From the NCBI RefSeq assembly GCF_963921235.1, contig NC_086104.1:153078001-153142000 (forward strand): 64,000 bases of DNA, in the 5' to 3' direction. Below are positions 49,089 to 61,999 of the stretch, in pieces. The stretch is from Mobula hypostoma (lineage: Eukaryota). How positions within the stretch are numbered: the stretch's first letter is position 1; every line of letters begins with the position of its first letter. The translations under genes and the position numbers were made by a program. The notes beneath the pieces are model-generated. The model did no database searches. It was not told the origin of the DNA and worked only from the letters and a program-made list of their open reading frames with translations.

Positions 49089-49275
49089 CACTCAATGGCT
49101 ACTTTATTATCTACACCTGTCCACTTGCTCATTAATGCAAATATCTAATCAGCCAATCATGTGCAGCAACACAATGCATAAAAGCATGCAGACATGGTCA
49201 AGAAGACCACGAACATACACTCAGTGGCCACATTATTAGGTACAGAAGGTACCTTATAAAATGGATACTGAGCTT
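49089..49275. mobile_element. Short non-autonomous Tc1-like element
   Basis: cactcagtggccacattattagg-type termini shared with 50703-50857 and 53335-53693. Confidence 0.6.
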
Positions 49276-50702
49276 ATATGTATTAAAGGAGTTTATGAAT
49301 TTTCAATGAAGTGGCCATAAATACACACTGAACCAAAAGATGCAAGGGTACTGGAATATCCAATATGCAGATAAAACCAGTCATTTCCCCCCGGATATCA
49401 TTAGTCTAAGGTAAGAAACTAACATGAAAGAATCTGACCAAAAACCTTGCTGTTTCTTAATTATGCAGAATGGATCAAGACCACGGGGATTGAAACTTCC
49501 AAGTGCTATGTGAAAGAGGAACTGAAACCAGAGCAAAATTTCAAATAAGGAAGGGGTTTTGCTTTTTGGAAATTTTTGATCACATTGTTCCAGTACAAAT
49601 TACAGTATCTGTAAACTGCAGATACAGAACCTTAAAATTATAGTCCTGCTATGTTATGCCACAGTACTCCTACACACACAACACTTCCTCATTTGTTTAT
49701 AGTTTGGCTTTCTTGCATTGGTTTTCTATGGTCTTGGGTCCACAATTTCCCTGTTACTTATCTTGAGCTGCTAGATCATCATGGTCTATGTTTACAGTTG
49801 ACTGAAATCGAAGTAGTTTGCCATGTGTAAGGAAAAGAGACTTAGAAACAAGGAGATGAGGATCTTACTACACCCCAGTGCATTTTACTTCATCAATACT
49901 CCTCTGATTACTATTTATTGATTTACCATGCACTGTTCGCTGCTCTTTACAGCCTTAACAAACACTGTTGATTTGTTTGTTCTTGAAGTTTTACGTGTGC
50001 TATTTGCCAGGATAATTATAGTTCTGCTTTATGTTTTATATGTTTGATAGGAGCTGTTAAGTATTCAGGAACTTGTTTCGAGAAGCTGTAGTATTGTTGA
50101 GAAAGGTGGTTTAAAAAGATCTCAAACTGATACTGTGATTTAAATGCCGGGCCAGGTGGATTGAAAGGCAGGGTGTCAGAACCAGAGGCAAGGGTTCTGC
50201 TCGCTGCTCCACGATGTTTATTCCACTATGCGCCAAACTGAGGCTGAGGCTGTGGCCTGCTCTGGGCTTCGTGTCTGAGTACTCACTTACGCTCAAAATG
50301 CTATTTGCTTACTTTTATTGTTTGCATGATTTGTGATTTCCCCCTCTACACATTGGGTGTTTGCTGGTCTACTTTTTATGGATTCTTTTGGGTTTCTTTG
50401 TTTTGTGGCTGCATGTAGGAAGATGAATCTCAAGACTGTATAATGTATACATACTTTGACAATAAATGTACTTTGAACTTTGATATTCTCAATCATAATT
50501 GATTTGCTTTTTATGTAGCTAGTGTCAGACGAGACTGCATACAAAATGGATACATATTGATGAAGGCTGGTACTGATTAAGGCTAGCTGAAATCTGTTAA
50601 AAATGAGGCTGAACTGGGAAAAGGCCTGTCAGAAGCTATGCAACTGAGGGTGATTTGGGGAAAGTGTGTAAGTTGTGGAACCAGGAAAACCATGGATCAC
50701 AG

Positions 50703-53693
50703 GTATCTCCAGTACCTAATAAAGTGGTTACTGAGTGTATGTTCATGGTCTTCTGCTGCTGTAGCCCATTACTTCATGGTGGAACATGTTGTGCATTCAG
50801 TGATGCTCTTCTGCACATCACGGTTGTAACGCGAGGCTATTTGAGTTACAGTCACCTGAGACGATAGGACATTGTTGTTGTTGTTGTTCCTCTCTGCGCC
50901 TTGTGGCACATCAGGCGGCACCTTGCCATTTCTTTAGCATTTGTCTGTTTTTTACAAGTCTGAGTTGCTAGCTCGACACTCAACCCAGCATGAAGGAAAA
51001 GCGTGCAAGGAGCTGGCCAGATTCAAACCTGGGACCACTGACCTAGAAGTCCAGTGTGGATGCCACTACACCAACAGTCAGCTTAGATGATGAGACATAG
51101 GAGCAGAATTAGGTCATTTAACCCATCAAGTCTGCTCCGCCATTCCAATATGGCTGATTTATTATCTCTCTCAACCCCATTCTCCTGCTTTCTCCCCATA
51201 ACCTTTGATGCCCTGACGAATCAAGAACTTATCAACCTCCACTTTAAATATACCTCTACAGTCTATGTGGCAATGAATTCCACAGATTCACTACGTTATG
51301 GCTAAATTGCTCCTCATCTCTGTTCTAAATGGATGTCCTTCTGTGCCCTCTGGTCCTAGGCTCCCCAACTATAGGAAACATGCTCTCCATATCCACTCTA
51401 TCTAGGCCTTTCAATATCAAGTAGATTTCAATGAGATCCCCCCTTATTCTTCTAAACTCCAGTGAACAGAGGCCTAGTGCCATCAAACATTCCTCATATC
51501 TTGACTCTTTCATTCCAGGAATTATTCTCATGAGCCTCCTCTGGACCCTGTCCAGTGCCGGAATACCTTTTTAAAGATAATATCATCATCATTATGTCCC
51601 ATGTTGTATGATGTAGGCAATCATGGTGATCATAATTGTTTTTGGCAAATTTTTCCATGGAAATGGTTTGCCATTGCCTTCTTCTGGGTAGTGGCTTTAT
51701 AAGGAAGATGACTCCAAAGATGATCAATATTCTTCAGAGATTGTCTGCCTGGCATCAGTGGTCGCATAACCAGGACTTGTGATATGCACCAGCTGCTCAT
51801 ACGACCATCCACTGCCTGCTCCCATGGCTTCATGTGACCCTGATTGGGGGTCCCAGAATTGCTGACGATACTCCAAGTGCGGTCTGACCAATGCCTTATA
51901 AAGCCTCAGCATTACACCCTTCCTTTTTTATTCTAGTCCTCTCGAAATGAATGTTAACATTGCATTCACCTTCCCTATCACCGACTCAACCTGCAAGTTA
52001 ACCTTTTGGGAATCCTGCATGAGGACTCCAAGTCCCTTTGCACTTATGATTTCTGAAATTTCTCCCCATTTAGAAAATAGTCTTTGCCTTTATTCCTTCC
52101 ATCAAAGTGCATGACCATACACTTCCTTCCACTATTTTCCATCTGCCACTTCTTCCTAGCTGTCCAAGTCCTTCTGCAGACTCCCTGCTTCCTCAACACC
52201 ACTTGCCCTTCCACCTACCTTCATATTGTCCACAAATTTTGACCACAAAGCCATCAATTCCATCATTCAGATCATTAACATATAAAATAAATAGCGGACC
52301 CAACACCGACCCTTGTGGAACATGACTAGAAAAGGTACCCTTGATTCGAACTCTTTGCCTCCTGCCAACCAGCTAATCCTCTCTTTATGCTAGTATCTTT
52401 CCTGTAATACCATGAGCTTTTATCTTGTTAAGCAGCCTCTTATATGGTACCTTATCAAAGGCCTTCTGAAAATCCACATAAGCAACATCTACTGACTTTC
52501 CTTTATCTGTCTTGTTTGTTATTTCCTCAAAGAATTCTAACAGATTTGCCAGGCAAAATTTCCTCTTAAGGAAACCACTGACTTCGACCTATTTTATTAT
52601 GTGCTTTCAAGTACTCTAATACCTCACCCTTAATTATGGACTCCAACTGGAGGAGAAGATGGCGGCACGACAGCAGCACGTGCAGCCTCTCCGGTGAATG
52701 ATATCTGTAATCTGTCAAGTAGGGTACCGTGCACAATTCTGATTTGATGGAGATAGACATGAGAGTACGGAGGAACATCTGGAGAAACTTCTGAAATGCC
52801 CGCTTTGCTGCTGCTGCTACTGTGTGGTAACCAGAATCTCCGGAGCAGAAGGCCCCGAATCCTCGGCTTTGCTTGTTTCAGCGGCCAGGGTGAGGACGAA
52901 GGCACTCGGCAGAGGATGGCTCTCAGTAGGCTGTATCGGAGGGGCTGGTTGGAGGCTCGAAGTTTTCGGACAGATGGGCTCAGTGTTGGCTGTGGTCGGC
53001 TGCTTCCAAGGTATCGGCAAGTTGACGGTGCCTGGAGGTTTATAGCAGGGAGTTTCTCCCTTTTGCCGCCTGCTATCGGGGACTCGGGAGTCGATCGACT
53101 CTGGGACTTTGAGACTTTTATTTACCGTGCCCATGGTTTGTTCTTCATCAAATTATGGTATTGCTTTGCACTGCTGTAACTATATGTTATAATTATGTGG
53201 TTCTGTCAGTGTTAGTCTTTGGTTTGCCCTGTTCTTCTGTGGACCACTCTGGAGAAACATTGTATCATTTCTTAATGCATGTATGCATTTCTAAATGACT
53301 GTGAAAGAGGACTGAGTTTTCTCATAATCTAAACTTCTCTGTCAGCATGAACCAGTCTGGCCATTGTCCTCTGACACTTCCCTTTAATAAGGCATTTTCT
53401 CCCACAGAAATGCCACTCACTGGATTTCTTTTTGTTTCTCGCTCTGTTTCTCTGTAAACTCTAGAGACTGTTGTGTGTGGAAATCCCAGTTTCTGAGATA
53501 TGCAAACTGTCTGGCACCAATGATGAAAGCCACTTAGATCATATTTCTTCCCCATTCCCATGTTTGGTCTGAACAGCAACTGAACCTCTTGACCGTGTCT
53601 GCATAGTTTTATCTATTGAGTTGCTGCCATGTAGGCTGATTAGATATTTGCATTAACAAGTTGGTGTTTCTAATAAAGTGGCCAATGAGTGTA
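50703..53693 (-). mobile_element. Tc1-like non-autonomous element split (50703-50857 and 53335-53693) by a stack of insertions: CR1 about 51095-52650, RTE-SINE, 650-bp element
   Basis: Both halves carry taataaagtgg...tgagtgta. The CR1 motifs LVRPHLEY and LESIIK lie in between. Confidence 0.65.
52651..53331 (+). mobile_element. Second copy of the ~650-bp non-autonomous retroelement
   Basis: Collinear with 25721-26373; begins AGGAGAAGATGGCGGC. Confidence 0.8.
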
Positions 53694-54653
53694 TATTGGG
53701 ACGCTGTACTGTACATGTTATTGGAGGAGATGGGAAGATATCCTGTATCCACATAGGAATAGAAAGCCCTCCAGACATATCTATTAGGAAACAGTGAGAG
53801 TGGAGCTATGATATTCCAGGACCTTGATCCAGAGCTGCAAATTTAGTGACAGCACACAAGTAGTCAAGGTCAGCGAAAGCATATTCATTTCCATTCATAA
53901 CTGCTCAGATAAGGAAGTGGCTCATGCCCTCTTACAATGAGGAAACAAATATTCAGACTTGACTTAAGTGTCAGCATTTTATTTCACTGGATCTCAGAGT
54001 TAGGGCTTTGGTGAGTAAGTGGGCTTCGGTGAGGAGGATCTTTCCTACACTAGCATTTGGTTGTGTGTCATTGAGGTGGGTGATTGGGAGCACATTTTAA
54101 ATGTCTCCTTCTAAGTTAAAAGTATGGCAAGTGAGCTCAGTGTTAGAACGTAGAACATTACACCACACTTCAGCCGACCTTTTAACCTACTCTAACATCA
54201 ATGTAACCTTTCCCTTCTACATACAGTAACCCTGAACCTCTGCCTTAAATATATCCCACAGATTCACTACTCTCTGGCTAAAGAAATTTCTCCTCACCCC
54301 ATTCGAAAAGGAGGCCCTTCTATTCTTTGGCTGTGTCCTCTGGTCTTAGATTCCCCCACCATAGAAAACATCCTCCCCACATCCGCTCTATTGAGGCTTT
54401 TCAACATTCGATAGGTTTCAATTACAAAACTGCTCGCAATACTCCGTGAGGCCTCAACAGTGCTTTATAAAGCCCCAATGTTACATCCTTGCTTTTATAT
54501 CCTAGCCCTCTCGAAATGAATGCTAACATTGCATTTGCCTTCCTCACCACTGATTCAATCTGTAAATTAATCTTTAGGCAGTTCTGCATGAGGACTAGTT
54601 GCTTTGCATCTCAAATGGGATTTAATGAGTAGAGCTTAGAAAAGAAGAGGCAT

Positions 54654-54862
54654 CACACATCAAAGTTGCTGGTGAACGCAGCAGGCCAGGCAGCATCCCT
54701 AGGAAGAGGTACAGTCGACGTTTCAGGCCGAGACCCTTCGTCAGGCCTGAAATGTCGACTATACCTTTTCCTAGAGATGCTGCCTGGTCTGCTGCGTTCA
54801 CCAGCACTTTGATGTGTGTTGCTTGAATTTCCAGCATCTGCAGAATTCCTGTTGTTTGTGTT
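54654..54862. mobile_element. Penelope-terminus-derived palindromic element
   Basis: Inverted arms acacacatcaaagttgctggtgaacgcagcag ... ctgctgcgttcaccagcactttgatgtgtgt. Confidence 0.8.
54712..54749 (-). ncRNA. Minimal type I hammerhead ribozyme motif (PLE-type)
   Basis: caggc-CTGACGA-agggtctcggcct-GAAA-CGTC-gactg: intact core, stem II, GUC cleavage triplet, and stem I with one mismatch. Confidence 0.6.
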
Positions 54863-55114
54863 TTAAAAGAAGAGGCATGATCATTTTGCTGGCGGTGTAC
54901 TCCTAGCCTCCCAATAGTCATTTGGAGATAGAAGAGCAGAGATGGAAACATCACAATGCGGTATTATAGTAAGGTTATAGTAGTAGGGGATTTCAGCATC
55001 CCCAATATTAACTGGGATCACTTCAGTGTAAAAGGCATACAGGGGATGGAATTTTTAAAATGTGTCCAGAAGAGCATTTTGAACTAGTGTACTGATAATC
55101 TACTAGAGAACATA

Positions 55115-55465
55115 ATAAGAACATAAGAAATAGAAGCAGGAGTAGGCCATCCGGCCCATTGAGCCTGCCCCGCCATTCAATAAGATCATGGCTGATCTGT
55201 CCGTAAACTCAGCTCCAGCTACCTGCCTTTTCCCCATAACCTTTAATTCCATTACTATGTAAAAATCTATCTAACTGTTTCTTAAATATATTTAGTGAAG
55301 AAGCCTCAACTCCTTCCCTGGGCAGAGAATTCCACAGATTCACCACTCTCTGGGAAAAACAATTTCCCCTCATCTCCGTCCTAAATCTTCTCCCCTGAAT
55401 CTTGAGGCAATGTCACCTAGTTCTATTCTCACATGGAAACAACTTTTCTATTTCTATCTTATCTA
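55115..55465 (-). mobile_element. CR1 3' fragment inserted in an older CR1 endonuclease remnant (about 54880-55640)
   Basis: cataagaa tail; the flanking remnant reads VVGDFSIPNINW. Confidence 0.75.
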
Positions 55466-55644
55466 TACCGTTCCAGTAGAGGAGGCACTACTGGACATAG
55501 TCTTAGTCAAAGTATACAAGCAAGTGATTGAGGTGCTACTAGGAGAGAATTTTGCAGACAGTGACCTAGCTCTGTAAGTTTCAGGGTAGTCATGGAAAGG
55601 AATAAGGATAGTCTGGAAATAAAGTTCATGTACTGGTGGAAGCA

Positions 55645-56085
55645 GCAAATGCAAAATGCCGGAGGAACTCCGCAGGTCAGTCAGCATCTATGAAGAGGAA
55701 TGAACAGTCAACGTTTCGGGCTGAGACCCTTCAGCAGGACGAAGATGGAAGAGGGAAGAAGTCAGAACAAGAAGGAGGGAGGAGCACAACTGGCAGGTGA
55801 CCGGTGAAAGCAGGTGAGAGGGTAGGTGGGTGGAGGTAGAGGGGAATGAATTGAGGTTGGGAGGTGAAAGGGGGAAAAGTTAAAGGGCTGAAGAAGAAAT
55901 CTAATAGAAGGGGACTGAGGACCATGAGAAAAAGGGAAGGAGGAGGGCACCCAAGGAAGTTAATGGACAAATGAAGAGAAGAGAAGGGTTAAAACAGGAC
56001 CCATTCCAGCTTTCCAGTCTTGATGAAGAGTCTTGGCCTAAAATGTGGACTGTTTATTCCTCTCCATAGATACTGCCTGACCTCC
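55645..56085 (-). mobile_element. Penelope-like terminal fragments
   Basis: aaatgccggaggaactc...gcatcta terminus, purine-rich tract, degenerate hammerhead motifs. Confidence 0.7.
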
Positions 56086-56139
56086 TGATTTGTATATTAT
56101 AAAACTTTTAGTTTATAAATTATAAAAATTATAAACTTT

Positions 56140-57940
56140 TTATAATTATATAAAGTGGAAAAGGGTGGCCAAAGTGAACATAGGTTCCTTGGAGGATGAG
56201 AAGGGGGAATTGATATTGGGTAATGGGGAAATGGCCAAGACTTTGAATGACTTTTTTTGTGTCGATTTTCACAGTGGAGGACATGCCAAAGAGAGATGAT
56301 GTGGATGCGATGGGAGGTCAGGACCTTGATACAATAGCTATTGCTGGAGAGCTAGTGCTGAGCAAACTTGTGGGCCCAAAGATAAACAAGTTCCTTGGTC
56401 CTGATAGAATGCATCCCAGGGTACTGAAGGAAATGGCAGAGTTTATTGTAGAGGCTTTGATGATAATTTACCAAAATTTTCTGGACTCTGGGCAGGTCTA
56501 GGCGGATTGGAAGAAAGCGAATGTCAGGCCTCTGTTCAAAAAAGGATGTAGGCAAAAGGCAGGTAACTATAGGCCAGTTAGTTTAACATCTGTAGTTGGG
56601 AAAGTACTTGAAGCTACTACTAAAGAAGAAATAACAAGGCATTTAGAAAGAAATGCATCTGTCATGGAGATTCAGCATGGATTCTGCAAAGGCAGGCCCT
56701 GTTTGACAGATTGCTGGAACTCTTTGAGGATATAACAAGTGTGCAGGTAGAGGGGAAAAGATGGATGTTAATTACTTGGATTTCCAGAAGGCATTTGATA
56801 AGGTACCACATAAAAGACATCCATAAGATAATGATGCATAGAGTTGGGGTGATGTATTAGCATGGATAGAGCATTGGTTAACTAATAGAAAGCAGAGAGT
56901 TGGGATACATGGGTGTTTCTCTTGTTGGCAATCGGTGGTATGCTGCCGGAGTCAGTGCTGGGCCCGCAACTGTTCACAATATACATTAATGGTCTGGAAG
57001 AGGAGACCATGTGTAGTATATCTAAGTTTGCTGATGAACTAAACTGAGTGGAAAAGCAAATTGTGCAGAGGATACGGAGAGTCTTCAAAGAGTTATAGTT
57101 AGGTTAAGTGAGTGGTCATAGGTCTTGCAGTTAGAGTACAATGTTGGCAAATGCAAGGTCGTCCACTTTGGAGGGAAAAATGGAAGATCAGATTATTATT
57201 TAAATGGTAAAAGATTGCAGCATGCTGCTGTGCAGAAGGATTTGGGAGTACTTGTGCATGGATTGCAAAAGGTTGGTTTGCAGATACAGTAGGTTATCAA
57301 GAAAGCAAATGGAATTTTGGCCAGAGGGATTGAAGTTAAGAACAGGGAGGTTATACTGCAACTCTACAGGATACTGGTGAGGCCACATCTGGAGAACTGT
57401 GTGCAGTTCTGGTCTCCATACTTGAGGAAGGATATACTGGCTTTGGAGGCGGTGCAGAGCAAGTTCACCAGGTTGATTCCAGAGATGAGGGGGTTAGACT
57501 ATGAGGAGCGATTGAGTCACCTGGGACTGTACTGACTAGAATTCAGAAGGATGAGAGGAGATCTTAAAGAAACATTTAAATTATAGAGGCAGGAAAGTTG
57601 TTTCCGCTGGTAGGTGAGGCTAGAACTAAGGTACGTAACCTCAAGATTCGGGGGAGTAAGTTGAGCAGGAAGATGAGGAGGAACTGCTTTTCCCAAAGAG
57701 TGGTGAATCTGTGGAATTCTCTGCCCAATGAAGCAGTGGAGGCTACCTCAGTAAATATATTTAAGACAAGGTTGGATATATTTTTGCATAGTCGAGGAAT
57801 TAAGGGTTATGGGGAAAAGGCAGGTAGATGGAGGTGAGTCCATGGTCAGACCAGCCATGATCTTATTGAATGGCAGAGCAGGCTCAATGGGCCAGATGAC
57901 CTACTCCTGCTCCTAGTTCTTATGTTTCTTATGTTCTTGT
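56140..57940 (+). mobile_element. CR1 LINE ORF2 (RT), degenerate
   Basis: [63 protein letters not shown]; tail present. Confidence 0.9.
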
Positions 57941-60221
57941 GATTTGAGTATCTTCGCTAATAAAGACCTCATCTGTACTCATGAGGAAAAAGGACATTAT
58001 AGCTGGTGAATTCAGGGAGGGGGAAATTCTAAAACATGGTGTCAGTCAAAAATGAAATATTAGATGTTTTAGTTGGCTTAAAGTTATAAAGAAGGGCTGG
58101 ACTGGCTTGGTTTATTTTCCTTGGAGCAGAGGAACCTGAGTGGGGATCCTAATTGAAATTAACTAAAGTATGAGTAGCATAGACAGGATAGATCATTGGA
58201 AACTTTTCCCCATGTGAGAAGCATCTAAAATTAGAGGGCAAAGATTTAGAATTAGTGTTGGAAGTTTAGAGAGGATCTAAGAAAGAATTTTTTCTATCCA
58301 GGGTGTATTTGGAATCAGGAACATGAACTGCTGGTGGTAGTAGAGGCAGGTAATGACATTTAAATATCTAGATAACTACACAAGTCACCAAGACATAAAA
58401 GGTCATGTTGGTTAATAGGATTAGTATAATATAGTAATTAATGTCAGCACAGAAGTAATGGGCCAAATAACCTCTTTCTGGGCTTTATGACTTTATGACT
58501 GATCAGTAGCAGTCTAGACCACATAAATTCCAGACAATGATCACATCCAACAAGATAGAAATGAACAATTACCATTATTGAAAGCCTACCATTAATATAT
58601 AGGTCACTCCTAACTGGATTAGGCACATGAACATAAGGCCAGAGACAAGAAGCCAGATGGTGGATATTCTGTGATGTGACAGAAACTACTTTAAACATTT
58701 TTACCAATGGCTACAAATCAGGTGACTAGTAGAATGCCCTGCAAAAGCCCTCTTTGTTACATGCCCTCCTGACATGACAGTATTACTCTTCTTTCGTCAT
58801 TATTGGCACAGAATCCTACTTATCTGCCAACAGTCTGAAAATTTACGATATCATATGGTTTGCTACAGTTCAGGAAGGGGTTATAATAAATACTTGATAT
58901 GCCAGTGACATCACACGTTCCAAAAGTGAGAATAAAACATCATTTATCCTTCCATTTGAATTACTAGCCTCAGGCAATTCTCATTTCAACACCTTCCTCG
59001 TCACTCACCTGTAAGCAAACTCCTATAAATCTCTCGTACAAAGATGTCTTAACTAACAATCACCACACCTGTGTTCATTTGACATTGTTGAAAAAAGTCG
59101 CATACGTATTAAGTTGCAAAATACAGGGTGACTTAACTACATCCATATGCCTAAGACTTGACTAAATTGCATCCAATGCCTTATACTTGATTCCTATAAG
59201 ACGCCCGCAAGCTGCAGTCTGTCAAATTTGTGATTTAGATTTAGTTGTTTTTTAAATTCATAAGAGACAAGAAGGAAGTCAGGGGCCAGGCTAGGGTTTA
59301 AGAATAGGGATATGGAGGATTTAGAGGTCAGGCAAAGTCTGTTCCACACTCTGTGTATGAAGGCCAGCAACTTGGACGTGTGGTGAAGAACATCCACAGT
59401 CTATGCCTCCACTCCGCACTTGAAGGCTAACAACATGTGGCAATGGGTACAAAGGACATCTGGAGTCCTGGCCTAAGCTTCGCATTTGAAGGCCAGCAAC
59501 ATGAAGGACTGGCAATTGCTGTGGACAAGGACCAGCAAGATTGAGGGTTGGAGGCCCACTGGATCAGTGAGCTCCCCCCCCCAGCTCGGTGGGTCCCAGG
59601 ATGCACGAGAGCCCATGACCCTCTTGGTACACAAGTTGATGAGTCTTGAGTTTGGGGCCTTGAAATCGATGACTCCAGAGCTTGAGTTCTGAAGCTCGGG
59701 GTCCCGTCATCACCTATTCCTGGGGTCAATACTGAAGGTCGAAGCCTGAAAATCAATCAGAAGTCGAAGCTTAGTGGCTGAAGCATTGGGTCCTCGGGTC
59801 TGAAGCCCACTGGGGAAGTTGGAGGCCTGTCGACCATGAGTCCAGTGGAAACCCAGAGGCCTGATCTGCTGTTGAAGGACTGTCATTGTGGAAGAGAGGA
59901 AGGACAGGAACTTGTTTTGCTGTTGTTTCAGTGCTTGTTGTGTTCTGCTGAACATTGTGGGCATGCTATGTTGGCACCAGAACTTACGAGTCACCCCAGC
60001 ACATCTTAGGTTGTGTTGGCTATTAATACAAATGATGCATTTCACTATATGTTTAGTCGTTTCTGTGATAAATAAATGAATCTGAAAGGGTTGGTGCTTG
60101 CTATCACTGCATCTTTTATTGCTGATGTTGTGACAATAGTGTGAAGAAAGTGCAATTCTTTTACTATCCTCCAACAATACACTTTCTTCTCAACCCACAC
60201 TCCCTCGGATTTATGAGATGC

Positions 60222-60495
60222 TATGGGCACAGTTGCATAGTGGTTAGCACAACGCTTTACAGTACCAGCGACCCAAGCTCAATTCCCACTGCTGTCTGCA
60301 AGCAGTTTGTACGTTCTCCCCGCAACCGTGTGGACTTCCTCCCGATTCTCCGGTTTCCTCCCACTGTCCAAAGAAGTACGGATTGGTAGGTTAATTGGTC
60401 GTTATAAATTGTCCTGTGATTAGACTAGGGTTAGATCAGGGGTTGCTGGGCGGCACGGCTTGAAGAGCTGGAAGTGTCTATTCCCCACTGTGTGA
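60222..60495 (+). mobile_element. tRNA-derived V-SINE (HE1-like); second copy at about 61050-61295
   Basis: A-box TAGTGGTTAG, B-box-like (g)ctcaattcc, V-domain ctccggtttcctcccactgtccaaaga. Confidence 0.75.
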
Positions 60496-61999
60496 TAAAA
60501 TTTTTAAAAAGTATGCACCGTAACCTGTCGATGCACTAAAGTTTTACTGACATATTTCTCTTGAATTTATTGCTATTTTTGTTTTGCGACTGCTTTAACT
60601 TTGTCTGAAAATCCTATTGCATATTCTTTGACCGAATTTTAACCAAGCTATTTAAAGCGGAGGTTGCTAGGTGCTTGATTTGGAAGGGCATCAGAGGTTA
60701 CATTGAGCAGACAGGAGGACGGGTTTGAGAGGAATTTTAAATCAGCCATGATGGAGTGGTAGAGCAGACTCAATGGGCCAAATGGCCTAATTCTTCTCTG
60801 ATGTCTGATGGTATTTTGATTTCAATGTTCTGTTTCTTTCCTTTCATTTGTTTAAGTAACTGCCAAGGTTCACTGTTCAAGTTCAAAGAACATTTATTTT
60901 CAAAGTACATAAGTGTCACCTATACTATTCTGAGATTAATTTTATTGCGGACATTCACAGTAGAACAAAGAAATACATTAAAATCAATGTAAGCGACACA
61001 AAGAGACTGACAAACAACCCATGTGCAAAAGTGGTCAAACTGCAAATATAGTGGGGCGGCAAAACGCTTTACATTGCCAGAAACCTGGGTTCAATTCCCA
61101 CCACTGTCTGTAAGGAACTTGCACGTTCTTCCCATGACTGGGTGAAAATTTTCCAGGTACTCCGGTTTTCTTCCACAGTCCAAAGGTGTACTGGTTAGTC
61201 TTAGAAGATTAATTGGTCATTGTAAATTGTCCTGTAATTAGGCTAGGGTTAAGTAAGTGGTTTGCTAAGCAGTGTGACTCAAAGGGCTGTACCTCAATCA
61301 ATAAAAATAAATAAACAAATAAATAATAAACAAACAGTAAATAAATAAAACTGACAATATGAGTTTTGAGTCGTTGAAACTGAGTCTTGATCGTTTTATT
61401 TGAAAATGAAGAAAAATTGTAGATAAAAATCTGAAATAAAGAACAGGAAGTGCTAGAAACACTCAGCACGTCAGGTGGTGTGTGTGGGAAGATCTCTTGA
61501 CCACTCTGTTCGGAAGCTGGGCAAAACAGAAGGCCAGTCTGATACTGCCCTTCCTCTTTGTGCCAGTGTAACTGTCAGTGTGGCTTTAAAAAAAACAACT
61601 GGTCTGCACCACTTCTTCAATCTTGAAATAATTTAACCTCTTAAAAAAAAAGATTCTGGTCAAATGAAATAAAAGACAGAAAATGCTGGAAACACTCATC
61701 AATTCAGGCAGTTATAACATTAACACATAAGCTCTTCCTCTTTCTTTGGATGCTGTCCAACCTGCCAAATGTTTCTAACATTGCCTGTTTTTCTTGCATT
61801 CACCCCCCCCCCATCTGCCTATGCCATTTTCTACATGAATCAGGTAACAGTGTGTGAATTATAATCTTTGACATCCTCATCTATATTTTAGTTGGTACCT
61901 TTTGCCTAAATTATTGATTCCAAAAGCAATTGGATCCCCCTTCTCCTTTTCCAATGTTAAAAAAGGCACCACTTCTAGAGTTAACTTAAAGATAACAAA

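Noticed and set aside
60222-60300. tRNA gene
   Set aside because: Degenerate A/B boxes followed by a V-domain and tail indicate a SINE head. I cannot see a cloverleaf.
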